A stretch of 63,879 nucleotides of DNA, filler included, from Octopus bimaculoides (GCF_001194135.2; 6 parts of 5 records of this genome joined end to end with filler, not necessarily neighbours in it), one strand, 5' to 3'; positions 25,961 through 39,648 are shown, counted from the first letter of the whole stretch. The notes: generated by a model from the letters alone, not told the origin. Program-made: numbers and translations.

Positions 25961-26155
25961 TAGCACGCCGGGCAAAACGCTTAGCGGCATTTCGCCCGTT
26001 CTTACGTTCTGCGTTCGAATTCCGCCGAGGTCGACTTCGCCTTTCATCCTTTCGAAGTCGATAAAATAAGTACCAGTTGAGTACTGGGGTCGATGTAATC
26101 AACTATTCTCCTCCCACAAATGTCAGGGCTTCTGCCTATAGTAAAACGGATTATT
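25961..26155 (+). mobile_element. Family-A SINE
   Basis: Matches the family motifs. Confidence 0.9.
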
Positions 26156-26910
26156 ATTATCATTTCAACATAACATGGAATAATTATCACAAATGGTAAT
26201 ACGAAAATATATGCTTTTTTTTTTTTTTACTTTATCATCTCCACTTGTCTTGAGAGTAGCCTGCTCAGCGAATCCTCCTCCTCCTCACTCTGAAAGGATT
26301 ATCGAAGGTATTTTGGCTGTTGATATTTAGTTCATTATCTGAACTAGTTTCCTCCCCCATCCTCCACCCACCACCAGTTCTTTATCATTCACAGCTGGAA
26401 CGATCATATTACATCAAGCCCTAGCTCACCTAGATAACAAAGCCGAAAAGGTTAGTTGAATTTTCACGCATTATAACGATTTATTTAGGAAAAGGCACCA
26501 CATACCAATGAAAGACCGGTGTATTTCGCACGAGGCAGAGGTACTTAACAACCGGAAAGCAAATCTGGAAGCCATTCTGGAATATGTGATGCAGGCGAAA
26601 TGGATTAAATGGTTAATGCTTCCAACTTCAAATTCTGTTTAGTTGTATGTGTTAAGAAGTTCGTTCCACAACTAAATGGTCTCGAGTGCGGTTCCTTTGC
26701 GCGGTAACTACTGTTACTTCAAGTCGACCGATATCTTGTGTGTGAAACAGGTAAATTGAAACTGTTCCGAAACACGCCGTATGCATGTATGCATGTATGT
26801 ATGTCCGTCGGTACGTGCATATGTACGTGTGTGTATATTTGTGCATGCATGCAAGTGGGCATATGTATGTATGGCAGGATGGATGGATGAATTGGTCGCG
26901 TCTCTCTCTC

Positions 26911-26953
<43 letters not shown>

Positions 26954-27565
26954 TTCTCTCTCTCCCTCTCTCATTGATACCATTTGAAAAAAAAAAAGGA
27001 AAATTGATCGCCAAATATTTAAGCACTAAACTGAAACCAATACTAATTCACTAATACTCCTCAAAGCAGTGCCCCGTCACTATTATCGTCGTTTTTGACA
27101 TGCATTTTGTCCATGCTTGCTTACATGTAATTTATTGAGGTAGATATACTACAGCCGGATACTCTTCCTGATGCCAACACTCACCAATTTCCAAGCAAGA
27201 TAATATATCCCCGTGCCCAGATCNNNNNNNNNNNNNNNNNNNNNNNNNNNNNNNNNNNNNNNNNNNNNNNNNNNNNNNNNNNNNNNNNNNNNNNNNNNNN
27301 NNNNNNNNNNNNNNNNNNNNNNNNNNNNNNNNNNNNNNNNNNNNNNNNNNNNNNNNNNNNNNNNNNNNNNNNNNNNNNNNNNNNNNNNNNNNNNNNNNNN
27401 NNNNNNNNNNNNNNNNNNNNNNNNNNNNNNNNNNNNNNNNNNNNNNNNNNNNNNNNNNNNNNNNNNNNNNNNNNNNNNNNNNNNNNNNNNNNNNNNNNNN
27501 NNNNNNNNNNNNNNNNNNNNNNNNNNNNNNNNNNNNNNNNNNNNNNNNNNNNNNNNNNNNNNNNN

Positions 27566-27757
27566 GTATATATATATATATATATATACACGACGGATTT
27601 CTTTCAGTTTTCGTCAATCAAATCCACTCACAAGTTTTTGGACGACCCGAAACTGTAGAGGAAAACATTTGCTCAAAGTTCCACGCATTGGGTTTGAATT
27701 CGAAACCATGTGGTTGGGAAGTAAATTTCTCGGCCACACAGCCACACCTAGTCACAT
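27566..27757 (-). mobile_element. Family-B SINE
   Basis: Reverse complement of the family-B head and body (TTTCAGTTT.CGTC...AAATCCACTCACAAG). Confidence 0.85.
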
Positions 27758-27849
27758 TGTCAATGTAAAATATTTAAAGCCTGAAAACTGACCTCTATAA
27801 CAAATAACTACCTTATTAGTTATATTTCTCGAGAAATCGATGTGATTAT

Positions 27850-28154
27850 TACCAATCTATTCTGTAATGATCGACAAACATATTTTCGTCGTCTCCGAAT
27901 TTCAATAATTGCTTACATCCATAATTGTTGTCATCCATCACCATATCGTGAAAACGATCAATGTTTTCCTCGGCGGTGGCAGTTGCAGAACGCCCAGACC
28001 TTGGGTCATTTTCAAGACTTTCCCTCTCTTCCAAAATTCTGCTTGCACTGGAGCGTCATCCGTAATGTAGCAACCATGTCAGTATGAATGCCCCTGGGGG
28101 TCAACCCTTTTTCTACAGGTAATTGATAGCACGATGATGCCAAATTTTGTCCAT
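27850..28154 (-). pseudogene. Mariner transposase N-terminal fragment
   Basis: MDKIWHHRAINYL*KKG... then RESLENDPRSGRSATATAEENIDRFHDMVMDD (HTH region, R.GRP-like motif). Confidence 0.88.
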
Positions 28155-28980
28155 CTTCAAGAGAAGTCGCTATGAGTTACATTAGAAGTGTTCTGTATTG
28201 GAAGAAACAATGCAGTTATTCATAAGAAGAGTTGAAATTAATACATGCAAGATTTCACAGCTCTAGCATCACTCCTTCATAGTCAGCCTATGAACTTTTC
28301 AGCACACCCTCGTAGGTACAAAGCCTACGTAAGCACAAAGCCCATAAAATCGACCTCTGTACTTGGCTGGTACTTTATTTTATCGACATGTGGGTGAGTA
28401 GAAGGAAGTGTAAACAACAGCGTGATTTAAACGTAAATCGTAAAGATCCGTAACAAACACCGCGAGGTATTTTATCCATCATGCTAACGTTTCTGCCGAT
28501 CCACCGATCGTTTACTTTTAGTAAATTATAATTTAGAATTTTTCTCATTCCCAGTGTGTATCTGTCGATTGTAGACATCTTTGTTTACATATCTCACAGG
28601 ATTGTAAAATTGACACGGTTCCAGTGAAAATGCTTAGTTATATTTTACGTTCAGAGTTCAAATCCTGTCAGGGTTCATTATTAGCTTTCATGCTTGGTAA
28701 TGGGGAACAGACAATAAGATAAACATCATAAACTGATATAAGTCAGTTGTTTTCTCCCTTTAGGCTTCTCAAAACCAGAAAGGGGAAAGCTAATTCGAAA
28801 ACTACAGATCCAATCCATCACTGGAAATGTGAAAATCTGTAAAACTTTCCAGAAGTTTATCATTTAAATATATATGAGCATGTCTAGATATGTAACTATA
28901 TGCATGAGAATACGTACATAAAACATACAAATATGCACATACATACATACATACATACATACATACATACATACATACAA

Positions 28981-29091
28981 AAATACCTTGTCGTTGATGT
29001 TGAAATTCCAATGAAGGAACCTTGGATCTTGGTTAGAAATTGGTTCTTTCTCTATTGGCAAGAAATCTGAATAATGGCATACTGAATAATG
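28981..29091. mobile_element. ~110-bp insert inside an (ACAT)n microsatellite
   Basis: Complex sequence flanked on both sides by perfect (ACAT)n (28938-28978, 29092-29131). Confidence 0.55.
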
Positions 29092-29786
29092 ACATACATA
29101 CATACATACATACATACATACATACATACATTTTGAAGTATGTGCCTTTATCAACCAGAGTCATTAGTATATATTTCACAGACAATCGAGAGAAAGAATT
29201 GCCTTGAAACCACAAAGTTACAAACAGCCTGGCAAGAAGTTAAGTGTTGAATTTCTGACACAAAGACTCTCTTCCATGACTTGCGTCGTAGAAATATAAA
29301 AATATGAAATAACATGTTGTGTCTACGTGTCTGTAAAGCAGATACGTTGGTGGAAAAGCTACATCTACAACACCAGATATTGTGTCAATTGGAATAATAA
29401 TAAAATTAAATTAGTTTTCCTCCTTGTATGAATTCTTACCTTTGCCAGTTACTTATAACATATCTATGGTTAGTCGATGCGCAATTTACAGCTATTGTTG
29501 TCAGGTGTGCACAAGGGTATATATAAATAAATAAATAGACGCGCAGGTAAAATTACTTCTATGTTGGAAATTTGGAAATAAAATTGTCAGTATTAAGTTT
29601 CCAATGTCACGAATTTACGTATATATATTGCAACAAAGTCCAAAACCCACGTATCGTATAATGTGTGTGTGTGTGTGTGTGTGTATTGTCCTCCCTCCCC
29701 ATAATAGTTCATACCCTTTAACTTCAAAACCCCAGGTTTTATGCCGACGTATCAAAGTAATATAATTCTCTCGAAATGATAATGTA

Positions 29787-30021
29787 CAGTAATCCCTCGC
29801 CATATCGCGGTTCACATATCCCAGACTCAGTACATCGCGGTTCACCTATCGTGCACTCAGTACATCGCGGATTTTTCTGGCTAATATATGTAATTTATAT
29901 CGCGGAATCCTCAGTATATCGCGAGTTTCTGTGGCCGATAGGTATTTATACTTTTTTAGATTTTAATTTTTTCTGTGGGAAGTTTTGGAACGTAACACCC
30001 ACGAAAGTCGAGAGATTACTG
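29787..30021. mobile_element. pogo/Tigger-like MITE (235 bp)
   Basis: TA|CAGTAATCCCTCG ... CGAGAGATTACTG|TA; internal repeats of TCAGTACATCGCGG. Confidence 0.85.
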
Positions 30022-30799
30022 TAAATACACTGAAGACAGTAAATAAGTTTCTAGTAACTTCTAATGTTAATTTTATTAATATTATCTTCGGTTGTTTTTG
30101 TGGTTTTTTTCATCATAGAGCCATGTGGTGCTACGCAGTTTTCTGTTATCAGTCCATGTACCGCCTACTTAAATACGGGTTTACTTTTTTCCCCTTCCTT
30201 TGTAATATTCAAGAAATTTTAGAAACGTTACATTAGTGTTTAGAATTCATTTTGTGGAGTCTTTCTGCTGTTACTGCTGACGGTGGTGATTGCGACGACG
30301 ATGACGAAACATTTAAATTGCGCAGTTACACCTCTCTATGAATCTAATAGTTAGTTTCAGTTCTTTACATCATCTGTAAACGATGTTAAAAGGTTTAGAA
30401 AGTAATATTTCAGATTTAATATTCAATGGAGACAGACTTTTTAAAGTCCGTGAGTGTCGAAGATTTCCTAAAGCTAGTGATAACATGTCCCCTGTTTGTG
30501 TACACTATTTTATATGATTGTTACTAACTGGTGTTGCATAGAATTTCGTTGACGAGAGTAGGTTAGAAGACATGAGTCAAACAAGAAGCCAAGGAGTTGA
30601 TAACCTTTTAAATTAGGACAAAGTTTTCAACGCAGTACTATTTTATATTTGTAATTAAAGGAGGCTTACTGATGTCGAGATTTTTTTTTTATCTCTTATA
30701 GTCAAGAGAGAAGACAACGCCCTTAATACTTTCGAGACTGCTAGGAAAGGGGGAGACTTCAAATTGAAAACCTGGCCCATTAAAGGCACCCATGATGCT

Positions 30800-31156
30800 A
30801 GGTGATGTTAAATCGGGTAACAGATTAAACCTGAAACCCGAGTAGGCCATGGTATGATTTGAACTCAGAACGCACAAATTCGGAAGAAATACTGCGGAGG
30901 CACCCAATCTGACGTTTCTACAGTTCCGTGATTCAACCGTCTTGGATTACTTATTTTTATCGACTCCGAAAGGGTGAAAGCCAAATTTAATCTCGACGGA
31001 ATTTGAACTCAGGGCACAGAAATTCGGCACAAATACCGCGCGGCATTCTACTCAACNNNNNNNNNNNNNNNNNNNNNNNNNNNNNNNNNNNNNNNNNNNN
31101 TTAATTAATTAANNNNNNNNNNNNNNNNNNNNNNNNNNNNNNNNNNNNNNNNNNNN

Positions 31157-31232
<76 letters not shown>

Positions 31233-31810
31233 TAATAATAATAATGATGATGATGATGATGCGAATGGTTTAACAGTTTGGCACAAGGCCAGCAATTGCA
31301 TTCAGGGCAAGAGATAAGTCGACTATATCACCCACACCCTAGAAAATGAAAGTCAAAATGGACCTAAGGAGCATTTGAACTTAGAATGTAAAGCCAGAAG
31401 AAGTGCTGTTGAGCATTTTGTCCGGTGTGCTAATGATTCTGCAATCTCACACCTTAATGGTTTCCAATATTGGCACAATTTTGAAGGGAAAGCATAGCAC
31501 ATACCATCGGCACAACTGCTTGACTGGTGCATTGATTTATAGATTCTCTGCTGGATGAAAGCGAAAGTTAAGCTCTGAGGGATTTGACAGCAGATCATTA
31601 CCAGAAGACATTTCACTCTCACGCTTGAATGATTCCACCTGCTCGTTACACTAATAAGAATAACTATTACTATCACAATCCTTGCTATTACTATCAGAAC
31701 CCTTCTCATTTCGCCACAAAGCCAGCAAATATGAGGGGTGAGGAAGTCGATTACATCAACCCTAGTGCTTATTTTTTTATTGACCCAAAAGTTTGAAAGG
31801 TAAAGTCGAT
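30800..31810 (-). mobile_element. Cluster of decayed family-A SINE fragments around an (AAT)n tract
   Basis: Repeated ATTTGAACTCAG, GGCACAAGGCCAGCAA and AGTCGATTACATCAAC motifs. Confidence 0.7.
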
Positions 31811-31934
31811 CAATCGAAATACCTAGAATTACCGTGTAAGTGACCGAGTATTCCACAGACACGTATAGCCTTAACCTAACTCCCTTGGCTGTACCTTTTA
31901 AATCACAAATATAATACACCCGACTTATCTCGCT

Positions 31935-32065
31935 ATGGAGATTGTCGCTACCAAGTTTCAGTCATTCGAGATTACAGGAAATGCCATTTGGCCAACAGGC
32001 TAGGCCATGATATCGAACCTGGGACTTCATGGACGCGAAGCAATCTCCTTAACCATTCGGCTGTT
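31935..32065 (-). mobile_element. Decayed family-B SINE
   Basis: TTTCAGTCATT..., GAACCTGGGAC, CTTAACCA...GGCT motifs. Confidence 0.55.
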
Positions 32066-32679
32066 TTGCACCTAAAAAGAAAATACAACACGAAGTTTAA
32101 AAATTGGTAAGATATATCTTTATTGATGAAAAGAAGGGACGTAAATTAAAAGAATAACAATAAAAGAAAGTAAGACATTTTGGAAGACTAAAGATTAAAC
32201 AAATCCTGTCAGACTTAATATGAAGGTGTTTGAATAAAATACTAAAACATTCAGCAAAGAAATATAACACTGAACGTCTTACCATTGTGAATATAATTCC
32301 AAGAAAACAGGATTGAATTTTGAGGTAGAAAAGTTTGAATACAACAAAAGTAAGTTGAATGGTTTAGAAGAGAAACCAGCAGGGACAATGCCCCATTACT
32401 TACGAGGAACTCATCAATAATTGAATCGTTTGGGCTGAAGAAATACTCGATTTTTTATCCATGGGGTGTGTGGTGGCAGCACCCGCTGATCTGACGAGTA
32501 TATTAAAACCGACATCTGTCTGGATACAGAAAGAGGGTGGGACATCAATCCCTGCCACACTGATTCCGCAACGCTATAGGTTGATAATATGATTGCAAAC
32601 ACAGTAAGGTGGATTTACGGACTGGTTATTCACCTGGAGAGCAATAACATATCAGAGACTGAAAATATGGAAGGAAGAA

Positions 32680-34500
32680 AGATATGACTGCAAAGAGTGG
32701 TGAATCGAAATGTAATAGATGACAGCTATAAAGGAAAACACAGTTTTGCATAATCTGTATTGATTACTGAAAACATTCGACAATGACCACATTCTTGGAT
32801 AATATTTGGAAAACACTATATAAATGAACAGACCCCAAACTAGCAAAATTCATGATCCATGTCATGTCACAAAAGCAATCAACGTCGTCATTACAAGCTA
32901 GGCAAAGATAAAACTCGCCTTCTACACGTTGCCTTCTACACATCAGAAGATAAATTTTTCAAAGAGGCATATTACACCGTTTACTGTGTTGCCTAGTCTT
33001 AGTTCCATTAAAGAGTCTGTTGAACGAACCCACCAAGAGGTACTGGTGCTTGGGATAAACTATATTCTTTGCTGGAATTACATGAAAAACGGTTAATATT
33101 TTTGAAATAAAATCCTGATGAGAAAATCTACTAAAAATCGGTTTTAAATTTAATCAAAATATTCAAAATTAGTGTGAAATAAAATATATGCACCAAATCT
33201 ACATTAAGAAGAGGGAAGTTAATGAAAACTGGGAATATTAATTTAGATAGAGACACTGCAATCAGAGAATTAGACCAAAGCCACGATATATAAACACTTT
33301 GGAATAAATGGAAGTGATAAAATATGTAGCAGAGAAATTAAAGAGAAAATTACAAGAGAGAAACACAAAAGAATCAAGTTAATATGGAAAGCTTAACTCA
33401 ATGCTAGGAATATGATAGAAGATATAAATAACCATCACAGATATAAACTACAGCTTTGACGTAATAAAATAGAAGTTAACGGAAAGAACAGAATCAGAAA
33501 AAGAAGGCAACTGCTAAAAGCGTTTTGAATTTTCCACGGCAAAAGTGATTCAGCTCCTAACTACATTCTGTATTAACTAATGTATAATGCTATTGTCTTT
33601 GATATCGTTACTAATTATTTATTAACGTGATTTAATGTCTTGTTTCTACACTTCGAACGTTTTCTTGCATTGTGTGGATTACCTAATTAATCTGTATTTA
33701 ATTAAAATTCTTGGAGTCTATTTCTAATGAAGGCAACAATCTGCGCATCATCTATACGTCCCGTGATTAAGTTAATGTCGCTTTGGAGTTGCATGGTTTT
33801 TATAATGCTTGTTTATGGTCAGCACTATTTTAACTGCTTCACAGTTTACGGTTGCCGTTTGGACATTTGTAGTGTGGTCACGTCAAGATACCCTGAGATA
33901 GCTGACCTCTGAAGATTTGGACTCATTGTTTTCGGCTAATAAAAAGTGGTTGAAGCTCTTGGTTAAAATTTTTTTAGCCCTTTCTATCTGGCGCTAACAC
34001 CTTAATTCAACGCGTTAAACAAAAACCGGACACGGATACAAATACTATGGTAGAACAATCAATAACATTTTGTATATTGACGATCTCAAATTATACGCTG
34101 TAAGTAATAAACATCTACGAAACACTGCTAAAGACAGTACAAGGATTAAGTGAAAAACGATTATAAAATATTTAGAGTTGGTTGCAAAAATAATCTTATA
34201 AACGACTAAAGAATTTATCCAAAACAGCTAAACAACATAAACCTTACGATTTCTTTTCTGTCATCAATGAATCGAGTACTTAAAAATAAAAAAGATTTTG
34301 ATGTAACAAAAAGCTGTGAGCGGAAATGAGAAACAACGAAGAATGTAATAAAATTCTGAATTATAAAATGTAGGTTGGTTTTCAAAATGTCATATTAACA
34401 AGAGGAGAATAAAAAGCTCATGGAAAGCCACATCACAATATTCAACAAAGTAGAAGTGGATCGAGAAAGACCTCACCACTGTCTGAGGAGCAGAAAACCT
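32680..34500 (+). pseudogene. Fragmented R4/Dong-type LINE reverse transcriptase remnants
   Basis: Frameshifted motifs: DY.KTFD..PHSWI (~32760-32800); IRELDQ...EIKEKI (~33260-33360); GHGYKYYGRTINNILYIDDLKLYA (~34030-34100, YxDD). Confidence 0.72.
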
Positions 34501-34634
34501 GAGATACAGCGCAAAACAAAACTTTTCTCACAAAAACTGTCAAAAAAATCTGCGTAAATTATATGATGAAACTGTAAACATGTACAAATAATCAATAAAG
34601 ATAGATATTTTTGTCCTATCTTAGTGAAAAAGGA

Positions 34635-34675
<41 letters not shown>

Positions 34676-35395
34676 NNNNNNNNNNNNNNNNNNNNNNNNN
34701 NNNNNNNNNNNNNNNNNNNNNNNNNNNNNNNNNNNNNNNNNNNNNNNNNNNNNNNNNNNNNNNNNNNNNNNNNNNNNNNNNNNNNNNNNNNNNNNNNNNN
34801 NNNNNNNNNNNNNNNNNNNNNNNNNNNNNNNNNNNNNNNNNNNNNNNNNNNNNNNNNNNNNNNNNNNNNNNNNNNNNNNNNNNNNNNNNNNNNNNNNNNN
34901 NNNNNNNNNNNNNNNNNNNNNNNNNNNNNNNNNNNNNNNNNNNNNNNNNNNNNNNNNNNNNNNNNNNNNNNNNNNNNNNNNNNNNNNNNNNNNNNNNNNN
35001 NNNNNNNNNNNNNNNNNNNNNNNNNNNNNNNNNNNNNNNNNNNNNNNNNNNNNNNNNNNNNNNNNNNNNNNNNNNNNNNNNNNNNNNNNNNNNNNNNNNN
35101 NNNNNNNNNNNNNNNNNNNNNNNNNNNNNNNNNNNNNNNNNNNNNNNNNNNNNNNNNNNNNNNNNNNNNNNNNNNNNNNNNNNNNNNNNNNNNNNNNNNN
35201 NNNNNNNNNNNNNNNNNNNNNNNNNNNNNNNNNNNNNNNNNNNNNNNNNNNNNNNNNNNNNNNNNNNNNNNNNNNNNNNNNNNNNNNNNNNNNNNNNNNN
35301 NNNNNNNNNNNNNNNNNNNNNNNNNNNNNNNNNNNNNNNNNNNNNNNNNNNNNNNNNNNNNNNNNNNNNNNNNNNNNNNNNNNNNNNNNNNNNNN

Positions 35396-35710
35396 AATGC
35401 CACTGGAAAAGAAGATATAAGATTTGCCAGGTTTTTCTCTCTCACCAAGGTCATCGGCTGTCGAACGCTGACGAAGGGAAATAACCCTGAAATCCGGATA
35501 CGTTCGTGCTGCTGGCCGTGGTGAGAGGGATAACTCCCTTGGCAAACAGGACACAGTCGTGTGTCGATAAGCCAGCTGGAGGAGATGTCCTCCTGGGGCT
35601 AAAAGCAACAGTAACATCCACCCCTAGGGGTCAGCCACACTTAGGTGGCAATATACTACACTTTATCGTGCAGTTACTGTTAATACTTCATTTAGAGAAT
35701 TAACATTGCT

Positions 35711-35711
<1 letters not shown>
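35396..35711 (+). mobile_element. Structured HHR-bearing repeat (Penelope pLTR- or retrozyme-like) between a (TA)n tract plus gap and a (TA)n tract
   Basis: Second near-identical copy at 18861; multiple hairpins; contains an intact HHR. Confidence 0.75.
35462..35506 (+). ncRNA. Minimal type I hammerhead ribozyme with intact core
   Basis: CGAACG-CTGACGA-AGGG aaataa CCCT-GAAA-TCCGGA-TA-CGTTCG. Helix I 6/6 pairs, helix II 4/4, palindromic helix III ATCCGGAT; predicted cleavage after AUA at 35500. Confidence 0.88.
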
Positions 35712-35752
<41 letters not shown>

Positions 35753-36854
35753 TTTACATATATACCTATACATAGATACACATAAATACACACACGCATA
35801 CACACACTTTGTATACATACACAGGTGTTCTCCTATCTATTATATGAGAGATTATCATTTCATCATAATACGAAGCAGGATTATAAATATGAAATTGAAA
35901 TTAAAGAATTATAAGGAACAAGATTCCAAATGAATTCACATATTTAATTTTTGTTTGTTTGCTTAATGTTTCCATTATGACTGAAGTGTTCATATTTCCA
36001 TTCCTCTGGGTTTCACGTTACCGACTTTTCAGGCGGGGAGCCGTTGATTGCACAAGTCGGTAAGTAGTAATGATGGATATTAAAAATTGCCCGATCGCTG
36101 TGTGTAGAGGTTGATTGTTAGTCTTACGTTCAGGGTTGACTTCTTCAGTATTTGACCTTCCTCCGAATGAAATTTTATAAAGAACCTAGCAACACTTCAA
36201 TGCGACCAATTAAATTGACGATTAATATATTCTACCAATCCTCGATATTTGTCCAAGAGTAGAAATGAGTTTCATTAAAGCTACAAAATGATTGTAACAG
36301 AAACAGTTAACATTTGGACTAAATGAGTGATTAAATCTGTCAGAAATAATAGCTAAACCTCACCCATTTCATACTAACTGTACGACTATCAGGAAAACCC
36401 AGTGGATAATGTAGTCCTAGATGTACTATGGATATTTCTAAAGGTTGTTTACTTGTGATTGAATTACCGTTCATCGTTTTCTGGACAAAGATTGATGTCA
36501 GCTAAAAAGGACATGAAAACATGAGTGTATAGAATAAAATTGACAGGAGGGAAATGAAGCTTGCATACAATACGTAGAAAAAAATACCTCGGCCCTCGAT
36601 TAGTAGGGGACATCTTATATCAAGAGTAAAAGGGACAACTGGAGTAAAAGTGATGGTAACAAGGTATATTTAGAGTAATAGGTTGTGCTAGGTATTTAGT
36701 ATTACCCATGTGTCATAGGTTTGGTCAATTATACAGGATCTAAAATCGTACACCATCGATATGTTTCTTATACATCCACTCATCTTTCGGTACTGCTTGC
36801 GTTTCAGAATTTATATAGATAAAAAAAAATGCATCTCTGTCCCGCACCTCATTC

Positions 36855-36938
<84 letters not shown>

Positions 36939-37264
36939 CTCTCTTGACTGTGTTATAAAACTGTTAACAATAACAACAACAGCGCCAATAGCAACAACAA
37001 TGATAACGGGAACGATAACAACAATAAAAAATAAAACAACAACAACAACAGCAACAAAAACAAGAGCAACGACGACACCAGCAACAGCATCTGCAACATC
37101 AGGTCTCTTTTCCCTTTCTAACCCGCGGAAACTCGACCGATTCCCTCAACATAACACCGACAATGTTGTAATATTTAATTATTTTAATAATTATTACACA
37201 TATTTCACTCTCTAACTTATATCATTAAAAATTATTATTATCATTATTATTATTATTATTATTA

Positions 37265-37296
<32 letters not shown>

Positions 37297-38574
37297 GTAG
37301 TAGTAGTAGTAGTAGTAGTAGTAGCAGCAGAAGAAGCAGCGGTGGCGGTGGCGGTGGTGGTAGTAGCAATGGAACAGTGGAAGCAGTAGTATCCTTAAAA
37401 ATATTTTTGATAATATTTTTATTGTTATCGCTAATCTTCTTATTTATTATAACAATATTTCAAAAACAGGGGTTAGTGGTAGGTGCTGGTGGTGTGTGTG
37501 TGTGGATGGTGGTGGTGGTGGTGGTGAAGGTAAAATGAATAGAATTTCAAAAAAGATAAGAGAAAGTTAAAAGGGCATAAAAATCAACTGCAGAAATCCC
37601 TTGAAAAATCGCATTAAAAGGGGCCAAGGTGTGAAAGATAAGATAAAATAGTAACATATTTCATGTCAAAATTTCGAGAGAAATGGTATTTATTTACACA
37701 TTAGATTCTATTAAATCTATATTTGTCTGAGGCTCTGCTGACATCTGTTTCTCTCCCCCCCCCCNNNNNNNNNNNNNNNNNNNNTGCCTCCATCATACAC
37801 CTCACACCCGCTCAGTCACCGCCATATTCATTATCTGTCTCGGTTTAAAATGGCGTCATGCACCACTTCCGCTAAACGTGTGTATTCGTACGAAATTATC
37901 AGAATCAAAGAGGATTTTCCATGAAAACTCTTCAAATTGAGATGTTAGCCCAGTTCCTTCATTCGTCACAGAAAATGTATAAAATACAACGGCAACAAGA
38001 ACAACATATGAAATATGAAACTTGTGTTGTTTTTGTTTTTGTCCTTTTTTTTCTCCATATTTTGAAATATGGGTCATTTAACACGCTGATGAAAACGGTT
38101 TTAATAGAGGATATTGGTTTTCTCTCTTAACAAACAAATTTTCTTCCGTGGTACAAGACCACAACAGTATAGAAGAAGAACAGATGTTGTGATGTGTCAT
38201 GGTTTTCTCTAAAGACTGTAACATTATAGATGAAGTGACTTGACTTCTCCGAAGAGCGACAACCGTGTAGCGACTCTTTTCACCGGAAGTTTGCTCTACG
38301 TCAGTATAGATACTGACAAACCACCAAATCCGTCAAGACCAAAAAATTATCTTCCCAAATAACTATGATGGACTCTCACTTTCATTTCAGTATACGAGCG
38401 TCCAATGGTTCGATCAAACAGATGGTATATTCCTTAAAATGGCTTGCGAAGCGGTTGAATATCCCGCAGACCCATATATCCTTAATATAAATTCCAAAGT
38501 AAGAAAAGAGTGAGAGCGTAACAAGAAAGAACATTTGCATTTTCGGTACAGTCCATCCGGTTGGACCCCTACAC

Positions 38575-39010
38575 AATTTCTATCTTCGCAAACTAACTCA
38601 GAGAGCTTGAGGCGACCCAGTGTTACAGTAAAGGTACTTGTCCAACATTCCTCGCTGTTGGTCGAACCTGGGACAGCATAGTCGCAAAACGAATTACTTA
38701 ACTTGCGTCCATAACAACTATAATACTTAATTACTATAATATTTAATTAATGTTGCACTTAATTGTCATAATTCTTGACATTAATGTATTGGTAGGCGAA
38801 TAGCAAAAATCGATGAACAGATATTAGACTGGTACTAGTTTTAACAAGATCGATTTATGACACAGGGCCACATATTTTTTGAGGGAGACAGTCTAGAAAA
38901 AAGAACCCTGTACTCAACTATATCCACCTTGGAAGGATAAAAAGTAAAACTGACTTCGGTAAGATTTGAATATAGGGCGTAAAAAGTCGTAACTGAGCAG
39001 CAACGTTCTT
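38575..39010 (-). mobile_element. Decayed family-B (38575-38715) and family-A (38860-39010) SINE remnants
   Basis: Partial motif matches only. Confidence 0.5.
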
Positions 39011-39433
39011 AGATTCTTCTAATAAAAAATTAAAAAAAATTAGGGGAATTTGGGGCCGATTACAATTGATTAAATTCATCACAGTATTCAAACTTTAGTA
39101 AAAGACCAGGAATTTGTTGGAGAAGTAGGTGATTGTCATGGATTGGTTCTTCTTTGGTCCATACTGGTATGACGATATCAAAGCTGGCTCCGGTAATACA
39201 GTAAATGTTTGAGCAAGTAGACTGCGCTGAGTTTGCCATCTTGGAGCATTGAATTAGAACTAGCAACAACAACAACAAAATAGGAATATCATCATAAACA
39301 CTATCAACAACAACAATTCAAGGTAATAAAGTGGAAGTAAATAAAATTAGAATAAAAAAAAAATCAGTGGGGCAAAATTCAGAGTAAAATAGTTTCCGAG
39401 GTTTAAAATACGCTTCTAATATTTAGGCCTGTT

Positions 39434-39580
39434 TAAGGCGGCGAACTGGCAGTTCAAATGTCACCGAGATCGATATTGCTTTTCATCCTTTCGTGGTCGA
39501 TAATTGAGTACTGGGGTCGATGTGATTGATTTACTTCCTACCCCGACATTTCAGGCCTTGTGCCAATATTTGAAACCAGT
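39434..39580 (+). mobile_element. Internally deleted family-A SINE
   Basis: AAGGCGGCGAACTGGCAG joined directly to TTCAAAT...TTTCATCCTTTCG.GGTCGATA. Confidence 0.8.
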
Positions 39581-39648
39581 ATTTAAGTTTGTTTTTCCTT
39601 AAACTACGTATGTGTGTATGTGTATGTATGCGAGTATCTATATATGTA

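Noticed and set aside
39060-39278. 72-aa minus-strand ORF in non-repetitive sequence
   Set aside because: No recognisable domain; the start lies in a (TTG)n tract; within chance length.
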